A stretch of DNA of 64,000 bases from Auritidibacter sp. Marseille-P8566 (GCA_945895375.1 CAMDEE010000002.1:164265-228264), one strand, 5' to 3'. Shown: positions 1-10,449, counted from the stretch's first letter. Notes: a model not told the origin generated them from the letters alone. Numbers and translations: made by a program.

Positions 1-348
1 ACTGTTCTTAACTGGAGCAATAGCGCTCATAGGAATCAGTTCTCCAGCGCTTACTGGTCGCACTAGTACCCAGTTCTCTAGATTCTCATCGGTTGCCTTG
101 AGATACTGGCTCTCGCCTTCTTTGAGGTCCATCTCTTGGGCAGAGAGATTAGATTCGCCGAGAGTTGAAGAGGTCGAAAGATTAGAGGTGGCAACCAGAT
201 ACTTCTGCAGGGGAACTTCAGAGCCAGCAACAAGTAGCCAAGATGCAGCAGCTGCAAGGGTTAGAGACATTGCAAATAAGATGCGGTTTCTTCTTGAACC
301 CCAGCGATTGTTGAGCTGGATAGTTCTCTTGCGTTTACGAACGAACAT
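1..348 (-). CDS. SAF-domain protein, CpaB/RcpC-like (N-terminal part; gene continues beyond window start)
   Basis: Absent from the ORF track because it runs off the edge. My minus-strand translation from ATG at 346-348 is open for all 116 codons: MFVRKRKRTIQLNNRWGSRRNRILFAMSLTLAAAASWLLVAGSEV...NWVLVRPVSAGELIPMSAIAPVKNS. It has a basic N-terminus, one TM helix, then a V-x-R-P-V-x-x-G-E-x-I pattern typical of SAF domains in Flp/Tad pilus CpaB-type proteins. Confidence 0.5.
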   Translation of the reverse strand, partial: MFVRKRKRTIQLNNRWGSRRNRILFAMSLTLAAAASWLLVAGSEVPLQKYLVATSNLSTSSTLGESNLSAQEMDLKEGESQYLKATDENLENWVLVRPVSAGELIPMSAIAPVKNS

Positions 349-367
349 AGGCATCTAACTATGTTGG

Positions 368-850
368 TCAAAGATTGGTTTGAGTGTTTATCTTTTCCAC
401 AACCAGATAACTCACACTGTCTAGAGGTATCCAGAATGTCTTAGCTTCAAAGGTCACAAACTCAAGAATCGATCCAGAGACTCTGATGATGTAACCGAGA
501 TGTTCACTTGAGGTATTTCTAAGTCCAAGCTTTACTGAAGCACCAATTAGGTGAGCTTGAACAACTCTCTTGAAAGATATCTTGGTCGACTGCAGGCTGG
601 TTCCAACGTCCTGGGGTTGAAGAAAAACATAGTCCTGAATAATCATCCAAGTGCTCTTCGAATACTTGTTTACAAAGCCTGCCATGAAGTCCTTACCCAG
701 CAAAGGAAGTGACAGATATAGATCAGTCAAGCTTTCTCGAATGACCAGCACTTGCTTGCAAATAGTTTCACTATCTTTGACTTCTTCGTTGTTACTACTC
801 GCAAAATATCCTTCTGCTTCTAGGTCTTCGAGTAAGGCATCTATGTTCAT
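368..850 (-). CDS. hypothetical protein (160 aa, acidic N-terminus)
   Basis: Clean 160-codon ORF that stops 19 nt before the start of the SAF-domain gene on the same strand. I recognise no motif. It is the longest ORF at this locus; the only competing plus-strand ORF (651..857, 68 aa) is low-complexity Ser/Leu-rich. Confidence 0.5.
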   Translation of the reverse strand: MNIDALLEDLEAEGYFASSNNEEVKDSETICKQVLVIRESLTDLYLSLPLLGKDFMAGFVNKYSKSTWMIIQDYVFLQPQDVGTSLQSTKISFKRVVQAHLIGASVKLGLRNTSSEHLGYIIRVSGSILEFVTFEAKTFWIPLDSVSYLVVEKINTQTNL

Positions 851-979
851 GTTGTAGTTATGCCAGATGATTCAGCCTGCTATTTCACTTATCCACAGCC
901 AACTAAAGTTTCTCTTGGGATTTAGAGTTTTTATCGGTATTTTGGCTCTATTCGTGCTGCGGGGGAAGATAAGTGCCAA

Positions 980-1408
980 ATGAACGCCGTTACATCTGCA
1001 ACAAGGAAAGTTAGCAAGCCCCTAGATTCAGACGATTACTTTGGCATTGAGTTTGTCAACTCAGATGAGTTAGGTGACCCAAGGCCTATCCTTGCCTTCC
1101 TAGCCCAATCAGTAATTGAGACTCTCGCAGGCATAAGAGACATAGAGCAATGCGCTAGATGGCTCTCTGATGGCGTTTATCAGCAGCTAAGACAGAAATC
1201 CTTGGCCTCATCAAGATCGAGGGCAGAGAGCTCGGTCAAAGCCATGAGACCCAATCTTGTGGTTGGCAAAATATCTGTGTTTAGCCCAAGACCAGGCGTT
1301 ATTGAAGGCGTAGTCATAGTCCACAACATAGGTAGAGCCAGAGCTGTAGCCATCAGGCTAGAGGGATACAACAACCGTTGGCGGGCTAGAAGTGTAGCTG
1401 TTCTCTAG
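980..1408 (+). CDS. Rv3235-family conserved actinobacterial protein
   Basis: 142 aa, convergent with secA (4-nt gap), the position Rv3235-like genes occupy in Actinobacteria. The central segment LAQSVIETLAGIRDIEQCARWLSDGVYQQL fits my memory of the family signature (A-G-x-R-x-x-x-Q-x-x-R-W). Confidence 0.55.
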   Translation: MNAVTSATRKVSKPLDSDDYFGIEFVNSDELGDPRPILAFLAQSVIETLAGIRDIEQCARWLSDGVYQQLRQKSLASSRSRAESSVKAMRPNLVVGKISVFSPRPGVIEGVVIVHNIGRARAVAIRLEGYNNRWRARSVAVL

Positions 1409-1412
1409 AGAG

Positions 1413-4052
1413 TTACTTCTTGAAGAACGAACTACCCTCGGTGCTCTCTGGTGGCTTCTTCCCCTGAGTCTTTACCTCTGTGTCGCCCTCTTCTGAAGGA
1501 GCTGAGAAGGTTAGGTTCTTTATTGGTGGCTGTGGAGCCTGCTCAACCTGAACATCTAGGTTGAATAGGAATCCAATAGCTTCTTCCTTGATTGCACCCA
1601 TCATCTGAGTGAACATGTTGAAGCCTTCACGTTGGTATTCAACCAGAGGATCACGCTGAGCCATAGCACGAAGACCAATACCTTCTTTCAGGTAATCCAT
1701 CTCGTATAGGTGATCGCGCCACTTTCTGTCAACAACAGAAAGAACAACTCGACGCTCTAGTTCATGCATCGCAGCTTCACCAACAGACTCTGAACGCTTC
1801 GCATACGCAATACGTGCATCAGCAAGAATTTCTCTTGCCAACCATGCCTTGGTCAATCTTGAACGTGTTCCAGCTTCAGCAAGAACTTCTTCAACTGTGA
1901 TTCCGATTGGATAGATGGTCTTGATATCTGCCCAAAGAGTTTCAAGATCCCAATCTGTTCCAGCGTTTTCAACAATCTGAGAATCAACGATGTTTGTGAT
2001 GACATCTTCCAAGAATGTGTCAACACGACCGGTTAGGTCATCACCACTAAGGATTAGTTTGCGGTCAGAGTAAATCGCTTCACGCTGACGGTTTAGAACA
2101 TCGTCATACTTCAAAACGTTCTTACGTGTTTCAGCGTTTCTTGCTTCAACCTGTGACTGAGCGCTAGCAATAGCCTTGCTAACAACACCAGACTCGATAG
2201 CCATGTCGTCAGGAATGTTGCTTCTGTTCATTAGAGCAGCAGCTGCGCCTGAATTGAATAGACGCATTAGATCATCGGTTAGAGATAGGTAGAAACGAGA
2301 TTCACCTGGGTCACCCTGACGACCTGAACGACCACGTAGCTGGTTGTCGATACGTCTTGACTCGTGACGCTCTGTTCCTAGAACATACAAACCACCAACA
2401 GCTACAACCTTGGCTGCCTCTTCAGCGACCTGTTCCTTCATCTTCTCGTAGGCAACTCCCCAAGCTTGCTCATACTGCTCGGGTTTCTCAACAGAGTCAA
2501 AGCCCTTCTTAGCCAAAGCCTCAAAGGTTAGATACTCAGAGTTACCACCGAGCATGATGTCTGTTCCACGACCAGCCATGTTGGTTGCCACTGTTACAGC
2601 ACCTAGACGACCTGCTTGAGCCACAATAGAAGCTTCTCTCGCGTGGTTCTTAGCGTTTAGCACCTCGTGACGAACTCCGCGCTTAGATAGAAGTTTAGAA
2701 AGATACTCGCTCTTTTCAACCGATGTGGTTCCTACTAGAACCGGCTGGCCAGTTGCGTGACGAGCGGCAATGTCTTCAACAACCATGGCGAACTTGACTG
2801 CCTCGTTCTTATAAATCAGATCGGACTGGTCAATACGAATCATTGGCTTGTTTGTTGGAATTGGAACAACACCAAGCTTGTATGTGCTCATGAATTCAGC
2901 AGCTTCAGTAGCTGCTGTACCGGTCATACCTGACAAGGTCTTGTATAGACGGAAGTAGTTCTGCAGAGTCACAGTTGCTAAAGTCTGGTTCTCAGCCTTG
3001 ATAGCCACACCTTCTTTAGCTTCAATAGCCTGGTGCATGCCTTCGTTGTATCTACGGCCTTCAAGGATACGGCCAGTGTGCTCATCAACAATAAGCACTT
3101 CACCCTTCATCACAACATAATCCTTGTCGCGCTTGAATAGCGCTTTTGCCTTCAAAGAGTTGTTTAGGAAAGAGATTAGCGGAGTGTTAGCTGCCTCATA
3201 GAGGTTTGAAATGCCTAGGTAGACTTCAACCTTGGTAATTCCTGGTTCTAAGATCCCAACGGTGCGCTTTTTCTCATCAACTTCGTAGTCAATAATTGGT
3301 TGAAGCTTTTCAGCAATCTTTGCAAACTCACCAAACCAACGGTTCGCTTCACCAGCTGCAGGTCCAGAAATGATAAGAGGAGTTCTAGCCTCATCAATCA
3401 AAATCGAGTCAACCTCGTCAACGATTGCGAAGAAGTGTTCACGCTGAACAATTTCAGCAGCACTCTGTGCCATGTTGTCGCGTAGGTAATCGAAACCATA
3501 TTCGTTGTTAGTTCCATAGGTGATGTCGCAAAGATACTGCTGTCTTCTAACCTCTGGATTCTGACCCGAAAGAATAATTCCAGTTGACATACCTAGGGTT
3601 CTGAAAACACGACCCATAAGTTCACCCTGGTATTCAGCCAAGTAATCGTTGGTTGTGATTACGTGAACACCACGGCCTGCAATTGCATTCAGATAAGCAG
3701 GCAGTGTTGCAACAAGTGTCTTACCTTCACCAGTCTTCATTTCAGCAATATTTCCTAAGTGCAGTGCTGCTCCACCCATTAGCTGAACATCGAAGTGACG
3801 CATTCCAAGGGTTCTTCTTGACGCTTCTCTAACTGCTGCGAATGCTTCAGGAAGAAGATCGTCTAATGTCTCTCCTGCTACGTAGCGCTCTCTTAGCGAG
3901 GCTGTTTCGTGCAGCAGGTCTTCATCGCTAAGAGCCAAGAAGCTCTCCTCTAGGCCATTGACTTGGACGACTATCGCTCTGAGTTTGGCAAGAATCTTGC
4001 CCTCTCCGGCTCGCAGCAGACGATCAACTATTGATGCCAAGGTTAACTCCAA
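1413..4052 (-). CDS. secA: preprotein translocase ATPase SecA
   Basis: Walker [13 protein letters not shown]-like [28 protein letters not shown], and the typical N-terminus [10 protein letters not shown]. The ORF-track start is TTG at 4052. An in-frame TTG at 4040 ([15 protein letters not shown]) has GGAG 6 nt upstream and is the more likely start. Confidence 0.97.
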   Translation of the reverse strand: MELTLASIVDRLLRAGEGKILAKLRAIVVQVNGLEESFLALSDEDLLHETASLRERYVAGETLDDLLPEAFAAVREASRRTLGMRHFDVQLMGGAALHLGNIAEMKTGEGKTLVATLPAYLNAIAGRGVHVITTNDYLAEYQGELMGRVFRTLGMSTGIILSGQNPEVRRQQYLCDITYGTNNEYGFDYLRDNMAQSAAEIVQREHFFAIVDEVDSILIDEARTPLIISGPAAGEANRWFGEFAKIAEKLQPIIDYEVDEKKRTVGILEPGITKVEVYLGISNLYEAANTPLISFLNNSLKAKALFKRDKDYVVMKGEVLIVDEHTGRILEGRRYNEGMHQAIEAKEGVAIKAENQTLATVTLQNYFRLYKTLSGMTGTAATEAAEFMSTYKLGVVPIPTNKPMIRIDQSDLIYKNEAVKFAMVVEDIAARHATGQPVLVGTTSVEKSEYLSKLLSKRGVRHEVLNAKNHAREASIVAQAGRLGAVTVATNMAGRGTDIMLGGNSEYLTFEALAKKGFDSVEKPEQYEQAWGVAYEKMKEQVAEEAAKVVAVGGLYVLGTERHESRRIDNQLRGRSGRQGDPGESRFYLSLTDDLMRLFNSGAAAALMNRSNIPDDMAIESGVVSKAIASAQSQVEARNAETRKNVLKYDDVLNRQREAIYSDRKLILSGDDLTGRVDTFLEDVITNIVDSQIVENAGTDWDLETLWADIKTIYPIGITVEEVLAEAGTRSRLTKAWLAREILADARIAYAKRSESVGEAAMHELERRVVLSVVDRKWRDHLYEMDYLKEGIGLRAMAQRDPLVEYQREGFNMFTQMMGAIKEEAIGFLFNLDVQVEQAPQPPIKNLTFSAPSEEGDTEVKTQGKKPPESTEGSSFFKK

Positions 4053-4123
4053 ACACTCTTCGGGGGCTTCTATTCCATCTTAGACTGCACAGCATGGGGC
4101 CTTCTGCCCTTATAAACACAAGG

Positions 4124-4747
4124 CTAATGGGCTCCAGCCCTTGCAAATACGCAGAATCCAGCCACTTCAACCCCATTAGCCCTAAGGCAGGCCATAGCCT
4201 CAGCCATGGTTGCCCCTGAGGTCAGGACATCATCAACCAATACAACAGGTGTGACCCTGTCATGAAAACCCCTCAAATCTGCCCTAAAAGCTCCTTCAAG
4301 GTTCTTGACTCGATCCCCAGAGCTAAGCCCCACCTGATCTAATCTGACCCGTGCTGATTTCAATAACTCTCGATAGCCAGCACCAGGTAGTCTCCTAGCC
4401 AAAGCCCTGGACATTATCGAAGTATGAGAGAAACCTCGCTTTTTGGTATTCGAAGGCGATGAAGGTATCGGCACCAATATCGGTCTAATAAGTTCTTGCG
4501 GCCAGTGCGGCACTATCAGCTCAGCAAGATATGGAATCAAACTTGTGATTCCCTTTTCCTTAACTGAGTTCACCATCACAGCAGCTTCGGTGTTGTATGT
4601 AGAGATAGCAAAGCCTGGGACTCCTAGAATTTCAAAACCAAGACTGCTGGTTACAAAACTTTGCTGACAGGTAACACATATCGGTGCTCCGAGTTTGAGA
4701 CAAACAACACATGGAGTTGGCAAAACCAAATCAAGTATTTTCTTCAC
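4124..4747 (-). CDS. ComF-family phosphoribosyltransferase-domain protein
   Basis: N-terminal Cys pairs (CVVCLKLGAPICVTCQ) and a C-terminal PRTase motif VVLVDDVLTSGATM. GTG start. Position between mtrB and secA matches other Actinobacteria. Confidence 0.8.
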   Translation of the reverse strand: MKKILDLVLPTPCVVCLKLGAPICVTCQQSFVTSSLGFEILGVPGFAISTYNTEAAVMVNSVKEKGITSLIPYLAELIVPHWPQELIRPILVPIPSSPSNTKKRGFSHTSIMSRALARRLPGAGYRELLKSARVRLDQVGLSSGDRVKNLEGAFRADLRGFHDRVTPVVLVDDVLTSGATMAEAMACLRANGVEVAGFCVFARAGAH

Positions 4748-4808
4748 TTGAAAAATACTGATTCATTAAAAGTTCTTTTGCTTTTTAAAGAAAGCTAATT
4801 GTTGATAA

Positions 4809-6368
4809 CTAAGCTTTCAAAACCGCAAGCGGAAGTGGAGATTCAAAATCTGTAATGTCGTGACGCTTTGGAATAGTCAATCTAAAACATGCACCAAGAC
4901 CAGGTTCAGCAGTAACTTCCAGTTGGCCTAGGTGCAGTTGAGCATCTTCGAATGAAATGGCAAGACCAAGACCTGTTCCACCGGTAGTTCTCTTTCGTGA
5001 TGGGTCTGCTCGCCAGAATCTATCGAATGCTTGAGACAACTCATTCTGGTTCATACCAATACCTTGGTCAGTAACGCTAACCGCTACCGCTTTGTCATTC
5101 TGAGCTACTTTAATGAGAACCGGCTTTCCTTCACCATGTTCGATGGCGTTAGTAAGTAGGTTGTTGAGAATTCTTTCGATACGCCTTGAGTCCATTTCAC
5201 ACTGAACAGCACCCGATGGAATATCTGCTTCAAGATAAACATCCTTAGAGTCCGCAAATGGCTGAATGGCGGCTAGACAGACTCCCACCACTCCATTCAT
5301 GTCATGAACCTCAAACATTGGTTCAACGCCATCAGCGTCATATCTAGAGATCTCAAGTAGATCGGCAAGCAGAACGTCAAAGCGGTCCATCTGCCCATGC
5401 AAGTTCACAATTGATCTTTCAGTGAACTGTGGCAAGCCGTCTTTGTTTTCATAGAGATAATCGGCAGCCAGCTTCATGGTGGTTAGCGGAGTTCTTAGTT
5501 CATGAGAAACATCAGAGACGAAGCGCTGCTGCATCTTGGATAGATCAGCCATGGCTGTGATCTTCTCTTGCAGGCTATCCGCCATGTGATTAAACGAGGT
5601 TGCTAGAACAGCAGCCACGTCTGTTCCTCTGACAGCCAATCGCCTATCTAGGTCGCCATTAGCCAGAAGCTCACTGGCATCGGCTGCTTCTTGAACTGGT
5701 CTAACTAGCCAACTGGTAACTAGGAAGGAGAAGAAACCAATAATCATCAAGGTTACAAAGCCACCTAGGACAAGAGTTCTTTGCACAAAGACAAGCGTCT
5801 GCTGCTCGTTATACATGTCGTAGACCAAATACAGCTCGTAGTTATGACCGCCAGGCAATACAAATTTCTGACCAATCAAGATAGCTGGAGTTGACTCCCC
5901 TGCTCGCAAGATTTGAACGGTTCGACTCTGCAATCCAACTTCACTTGAGACAAGTGTTCTAAAGTCTTCTGTAATCAAACTTAGATCCATGCCAGCAGAT
6001 GTAGGGCTTGAGAGGTTCTTCTTGTTGGGTTGGTTTGTACTGTGTAAGAAGGCAACCTGACGGGTTTGTGAAACACCAATTGATTCAAGTTCAGGAACGA
6101 CTTCAGCAAGAGCCTGCTCTAGTTTCCAAGAGCCTTGACCTGTGACACCTTCAAACAATCTAGAAACGGTGAATTTTGCTCTGTTGCTTTCAATGATTGC
6201 TTGTTCTGTTTTTCTGGTGAAAAGACCATTACCGATAGAAACACTAAGAACTCCACCCAGAACGATTAGTGCAGTGCCAGATAGAGCCACGGTATAAACC
6301 AAGGCTCTAAGCGTCAGCGAAGATCTAAAACGATCTAGTGCCGCCTTTGTGATGCGGCTAAATATCAT
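4809..6368 (-). CDS. mtrB: sensor histidine kinase, MtrB-like
   Basis: Two TM segments flank an extracytoplasmic loop, followed by a HAMP-like region. H-box FVSDVSHELRTPLT, N-box LLTNAIEHG, G-boxes DQGIGM and GGTGLGLAI. Starts 1 nt after the mtrA stop. Confidence 0.85.
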   Translation of the reverse strand: MIFSRITKAALDRFRSSLTLRALVYTVALSGTALIVLGGVLSVSIGNGLFTRKTEQAIIESNRAKFTVSRLFEGVTGQGSWKLEQALAEVVPELESIGVSQTRQVAFLHSTNQPNKKNLSSPTSAGMDLSLITEDFRTLVSSEVGLQSRTVQILRAGESTPAILIGQKFVLPGGHNYELYLVYDMYNEQQTLVFVQRTLVLGGFVTLMIIGFFSFLVTSWLVRPVQEAADASELLANGDLDRRLAVRGTDVAAVLATSFNHMADSLQEKITAMADLSKMQQRFVSDVSHELRTPLTTMKLAADYLYENKDGLPQFTERSIVNLHGQMDRFDVLLADLLEISRYDADGVEPMFEVHDMNGVVGVCLAAIQPFADSKDVYLEADIPSGAVQCEMDSRRIERILNNLLTNAIEHGEGKPVLIKVAQNDKAVAVSVTDQGIGMNQNELSQAFDRFWRADPSRKRTTGGTGLGLAISFEDAQLHLGQLEVTAEPGLGACFRLTIPKRHDITDFESPLPLAVLKA

Positions 6369-7043
6369 TTACTCAGGCCCTGCTTTGTAGCCCCAACCTC
6401 TAACGGTTAGAACTAGCTTTGGATCTTCTTGGTCTTCTTCAATCTTTGAACGAAGTCTCTGAACGTGAACGTTGACAAGTCTGGTGTCTGCCTTATAGGT
6501 GTACTCCCAAACCTGCTCCAAAAGCATCTCTCTTGAGAAGACTTCGTTAGGGTGAGATGCCAAAGTCAACAGCAGCTTGAACTCTAGAGGGGTAAGTGCA
6601 ATCTTCTTATCGCCCTTACGAACCTCGTGACTTAGTGTGTCCATCTCAATAGAGCCAATCTTTACGATTGGGTGCAGAACTTCCTTTAGCGGACGCAATC
6701 TGGCCTTGATTCTAGAAACTAGAACCTCAATCTTGTATGGCTTAGTGACATAGTCATCAGCGCCTGCTTCAAGACCACGAATCATGTCGGTGTCATCTGT
6801 TCTTGCGGTCAGCATGATGATTGGAACACCTGAGTTTCTTCTGATCTCAGTACAAATCTCGATACCGTTTTTACCTGGCAGCATCAAATCCAAAAGAATT
6901 AGGTCTGGCTTGTGCTTCTCAAATGCAGGTACTGCTTCTAATCCGGTGGCTGCGTAACAAACTTCAAAGCCACTGGCCATTAATCCAATTTCAAGTTGCT
7001 CTCTCAGAGCGTCATCGTCTTCGACAATAAGGATTTTAAACAT
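6369..7043 (-). CDS. mtrA: OmpR-family response regulator, MtrA-like
   Basis: REC domain (IVEDDD, phosphoacceptor context LILLDLMLPG, TARTD, KP) plus a winged-helix C-terminus (LTPLEFKLL, VRGWGYK). Synteny ahcY-mtrA-mtrB. Confidence 0.88.
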   Translation of the reverse strand: MFKILIVEDDDALREQLEIGLMASGFEVCYAATGLEAVPAFEKHKPDLILLDLMLPGKNGIEICTEIRRNSGVPIIMLTARTDDTDMIRGLEAGADDYVTKPYKIEVLVSRIKARLRPLKEVLHPIVKIGSIEMDTLSHEVRKGDKKIALTPLEFKLLLTLASHPNEVFSREMLLEQVWEYTYKADTRLVNVHVQRLRSKIEEDQEDPKLVLTVRGWGYKAGPE

Positions 7044-7055
7044 GGATGGTTCTTT

Positions 7056-8543
7056 CTAGTAGCGGTAATGATCCGGCTTGAATGGGCCCTGAGGCTCCAC
7101 TCCGATATAGCGACCCTGGTCGTTAGTTAGCTCTGTGAGCTCGACTCCTAGGGCGGAGAGGTGTAGACGAGCAACCTGCTCATCTAGGTGTTTAGGCAAA
7201 ATGTAGACGCCGATTGGGTATTCCGACCTCTTAGTAAATAGCTCGATCTGAGCTAGTACCTGGTTGCTAAACGATGTGCTCATAACAAATGATGGGTGAC
7301 CTGTTGCGTTACCAAGGTTCATTAGACGACCTTCAGAGAGAACTAGAACAGAGTTACCGTTAGGTAGCTGCCACTCATCAACCTGAGGCTTTACTTCAAC
7401 CTTCTTGATGCCAGGAATTCTTTCGATGCCTGCCATGTCAATCTCATTGTCAAAGTGTCCGATGTTAGCAACCACTGCTAGGTGCTTCATCTCTACGATG
7501 TGTTCAGTTCTAATCACTGATGGGCTACCGGTTCCAGTAATAAAGAAGTCTGCTTCTTTGACTACCTTCTCAATTGTTGTGACCTGGTAACCATCCATTG
7601 CTGCCTGCAAAGCACAAATAGGGTCAACTTCGCTAATGATTACTCGAGCACCCTGACCACGCATTGCTTCAGCTGCACCCTTGCCAACATCTCCGTAACC
7701 TGCGATGAACACAGTCTTACCACCGATAAGAATGTCAGTTGCACGGTTTAGACCGTCTGGCAGTGAGTGACGGATTCCATACTTGTTATCAAACTTAGAT
7801 TTGGTAACTGAGTCATTGACGTTGATGCCAGGGAATAGCAAAGTTCCACGCTTGAACATTTCGTATAGGCGCTTAACACCAGTTGTTGTCTCTTCAGTAA
7901 CACCGTAGATGTCTGCAGCGATACGAGTGAAGCGATCTTTAGAAAGCTTTAGCTGCTCAGTTAGAAGATTAAGAATGACACGGTATTCCTCATTGTCTTC
8001 AACTCCTGCAGGAGGAACTGAACCAGCAAGTTCAAACTCGCGACCCTTGTGAACTAGAAGAGTTGCATCGCCACCATCATCCAAGATCATGTTTGGACCG
8101 ATGTAATCTGCACCTTCAGCAATAGCTTCCTGAGTCCAGTCGAAGATTCTTTCAGTTGCCCACCAGTACTCTTCTAGGCTTTCACCCTTCCAAGCAAAGA
8201 TTGGAACACCAGCAGGAGCTTGAACAGTTCCGTGCGGACCAACAACTGCAGCAGCTGCAGCCTCATCCTGAGTTGAGAAAATGTTGCATGATGCCCAACG
8301 CACCTTTGCTCCAAGAGCGACAAGAGTTTCAATCAGAACAGCAGTCTGAATAGTCATGTGTAGGGAACCTGCAATACGGGCTCCACGCAGTGGCTGGTGT
8401 GGCCCGAACTGCTCGCGCATTGCCATAAGTCCTGGCATCTCGTTTTCAGCCAAACGGATTAGGTGTCTACCGTATCCAGCTAGGCCTAAATCGGCTACCT
8501 TGTGCTCAATACCTGTGGTTGTCTTGCTGCTTGTAGAAGTCAT
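7056..8543 (-). CDS. ahcY: adenosylhomocysteinase
   Basis: 495 aa. N-terminal [15 protein letters not shown]-binding [21 protein letters not shown]-terminal KPDHYRY. Confidence 0.95.
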   Translation of the reverse strand: MTSTSSKTTTGIEHKVADLGLAGYGRHLIRLAENEMPGLMAMREQFGPHQPLRGARIAGSLHMTIQTAVLIETLVALGAKVRWASCNIFSTQDEAAAAAVVGPHGTVQAPAGVPIFAWKGESLEEYWWATERIFDWTQEAIAEGADYIGPNMILDDGGDATLLVHKGREFELAGSVPPAGVEDNEEYRVILNLLTEQLKLSKDRFTRIAADIYGVTEETTTGVKRLYEMFKRGTLLFPGINVNDSVTKSKFDNKYGIRHSLPDGLNRATDILIGGKTVFIAGYGDVGKGAAEAMRGQGARVIISEVDPICALQAAMDGYQVTTIEKVVKEADFFITGTGSPSVIRTEHIVEMKHLAVVANIGHFDNEIDMAGIERIPGIKKVEVKPQVDEWQLPNGNSVLVLSEGRLMNLGNATGHPSFVMSTSFSNQVLAQIELFTKRSEYPIGVYILPKHLDEQVARLHLSALGVELTELTNDQGRYIGVEPQGPFKPDHYRY

Positions 8544-8588
8544 GGACTCTATTATCGCCCTTATTCGACCTCGAAAGAAACCAAATTG

Positions 8589-9998
8589 TTATCTACGGAT
8601 TAGCCCTAGAACTTCGTCCCGAATGGCTTCCATGGTGCCCTGAACCTTGGCTTCGACGTTTAGACGCAGCAGTGGCTCAGTATTTGAGGCTCTAACGTTG
8701 AACCACCACCAGTGGCCCTGATCGTCAGTTCCTGAGACAGTTACGCCATCTAGGCGGTCAAATGAAGCCCTAGAAACAAAGGCCTCTTCAATCCTTGCCC
8801 TGGCAGCAGGTACGTCAGTAACCGTTGAGTTGATTTCACCAGATAAGAAGTATGGGTTGTATTGCTTAGAGATGGCGCTCAGGGTTTCAGGTTGAGAACC
8901 GAACTCGGCTAACACATGCATCGCAGCAAGCATTCCGTTATCTGCTCCCCAGAAGCTCTTGAAGTAATAGTGAGCTGAGTGTTCACCACCGAAGGAAGCA
9001 TTGGTAGCAGCCATACGATCCTTGATTAGAGAGTGCCCAACCTTGGTTCGCTCACCAATTGCACCTTCGGATTCGATAACCTCGGCAACGACTTTAGAAG
9101 TAATCAAGTTATACAAAATGGTGATATCCGCATTGGCATCCAAAGACTTCGCTCTAGCGATCTCGCGCTTAGCAACCATCGCTGCGACAGCGCTTGGGGT
9201 TACTGGATCACCATTCTCATCAATAACAAAACAGCGATCAGCATCACCATCGAACGCAAGACCTAAATCTGCCTTGTGTTCAACCACCGCCTTCTGCAGA
9301 TCAACTAAATTCTTAGGCTCTAATGGATTAGCTTCGTGGTTTGGAAAAGTTCCATCAAGTTCGAAATACATTTCAACAATTTCAATTGGCAACTTAGAAA
9401 GTCCTGCTGCCTGACCCAACACTGCAGGAACTGTTAGCCCACCCATACCGTTAGCTGCATCAACAACAACCTTCATCGGCTTCACATTAGATAGATCAAC
9501 CAGAGTTCTTAGGTAGGTTGCATACTCAACCAAGACATCTTGTTTTCTATATGTTCCAGGATTAGCAACTGGAGTAATGCCATCGGATAGAAACACTTTT
9601 GCTCTATCTCTGATTGCAGCAAGACCGGTGTCTAGGGAAATACCACGTGCACCAGCTCTTGAGAACTTGATTCCGTTATAGCTTGCTGGGTTATGGCTAG
9701 CTGTGAACATGGCAGCAGCAAGATTCATATCTCCCGATGCGAAGTAAGACTCATCAGTTGAGCAAAGACCAATAGAAACAACATTTGCGCCACGAGCCAT
9801 CGCACCTCTAGCAAACGCTTGTTCAAATAGCGGTGAAGAGTCACGCATATCGTGACCAACAACTACTGACTCGCCAGCTAGGCCTAGTTCGTCTACGAAG
9901 CCTGCGGCTAACGCCTCAACTACTTCTTCAGTTAGATCGATATTTACTAACCCACGTACATCGTAGGTTTTGACCATTGCGTCCCAGTTGACACTCAT
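8589..9998 (-). CDS. manB: phosphomannomutase/phosphoglucomutase
   Basis: Active-site loop TASHNPASYNGIK, metal site FDGDADR, sugar-binding GGEHSAH. GGAAGGG Shine-Dalgarno sequence at -13..-7. Confidence 0.85.
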   Translation of the reverse strand: MSVNWDAMVKTYDVRGLVNIDLTEEVVEALAAGFVDELGLAGESVVVGHDMRDSSPLFEQAFARGAMARGANVVSIGLCSTDESYFASGDMNLAAAMFTASHNPASYNGIKFSRAGARGISLDTGLAAIRDRAKVFLSDGITPVANPGTYRKQDVLVEYATYLRTLVDLSNVKPMKVVVDAANGMGGLTVPAVLGQAAGLSKLPIEIVEMYFELDGTFPNHEANPLEPKNLVDLQKAVVEHKADLGLAFDGDADRCFVIDENGDPVTPSAVAAMVAKREIARAKSLDANADITILYNLITSKVVAEVIESEGAIGERTKVGHSLIKDRMAATNASFGGEHSAHYYFKSFWGADNGMLAAMHVLAEFGSQPETLSAISKQYNPYFLSGEINSTVTDVPAARARIEEAFVSRASFDRLDGVTVSGTDDQGHWWWFNVRASNTEPLLRLNVEAKVQGTMEAIRDEVLGLIRR

Positions 9999-10029
9999 GA
10001 AAGGCCCTTCCGCTCAACAAAGTAAAGAA

Positions 10030-10035
10030 TACAAT
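10030..10035 (+). promoter_or_regulatory. candidate -10 box TACAAT for a leaderless transcript starting at ATG 10042
   Basis: TACAAT sits exactly at -12..-7 of ATG 10042, with no SD. The same geometry occurs at seven other operon-first genes in this window. Confidence 0.45.
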
Positions 10036-10041
10036 GTCCCC

Positions 10042-10449
10042 ATGACCCTAAAACCCCGCGATAGAGACCGTCATGGTCGTGGCATCCGCCACTCACTATC
10101 GGGAGCCCTTTATAAGACTGGTGGTTCAGGGTTAGATTCCTTTGCTTCAATAGTGAGTTCAACCTGTGAATACCTGAAAGAGCGCTGGCCTGATGAGTTA
10201 GGTGATCTGAAGTATCGAATCATGGATGCACCTGTGCTTGGAGCTAATTCAACTTTTGTGAAGCGCTGGTCAGTTAGACCTGAGACCAAAACAATAGTGA
10301 TTTACCGACTACCTATTCTTCGACTCAATAACAATCAAAGCTCTAATCCAGCCGAAGAACGTGTTCGCATTGAACACCACGTGTTTGAAGCAGCAGCTGA
10401 ACTTATTGGCAAAGAGCCATGGGAACTTATATTCGGTGATGACGAATAG
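10042..10449 (+). CDS. small conserved protein at the Rv3259 position, DUF1025/minimal-zincin-like with degenerate HExxH
   Basis: The ORF track begins at 9970, which overlaps manB. ATG 10042 (MTLKPRDRDRHG...) removes the overlap and has a -10 box at leaderless spacing. C-terminus TIVIYRLPIL...RIEHHVFEAAAELIG aligns by eye to the ITIYR...HExxHH region of DUF1025 proteins, but the motif reads FEAAAE. Confidence 0.5.
   Translation: MTLKPRDRDRHGRGIRHSLSGALYKTGGSGLDSFASIVSSTCEYLKERWPDELGDLKYRIMDAPVLGANSTFVKRWSVRPETKTIVIYRLPILRLNNNQSSNPAEERVRIEHHVFEAAAELIGKEPWELIFGDDE

Noticed and set aside
98-358. Plus-strand 86-aa ORF from the six-frame track
   Set aside because: It is antisense to a fully open minus-strand frame that encodes a TM helix plus a SAF-like domain with a sensible ATG at 348. 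The plus-strand product is Arg/Ser/Leu-rich with no start context.
8544-8588. SAH riboswitch upstream of ahcY, and a leaderless -10 for ahcY
   Set aside because: The spacer is only 45 nt, too short for the SAH element. The best hexamer, GATAAT, sits at -13..-8, one nt off the pattern, and lacks the first T. It is not counted among the leaderless cases.
9970-10041. 24-codon N-terminal extension of the Rv3259-like ORF
   Set aside because: It overlaps the manB start region. ATG 10042 has a TACAAT box at the leaderless spacing seen at seven other genes.
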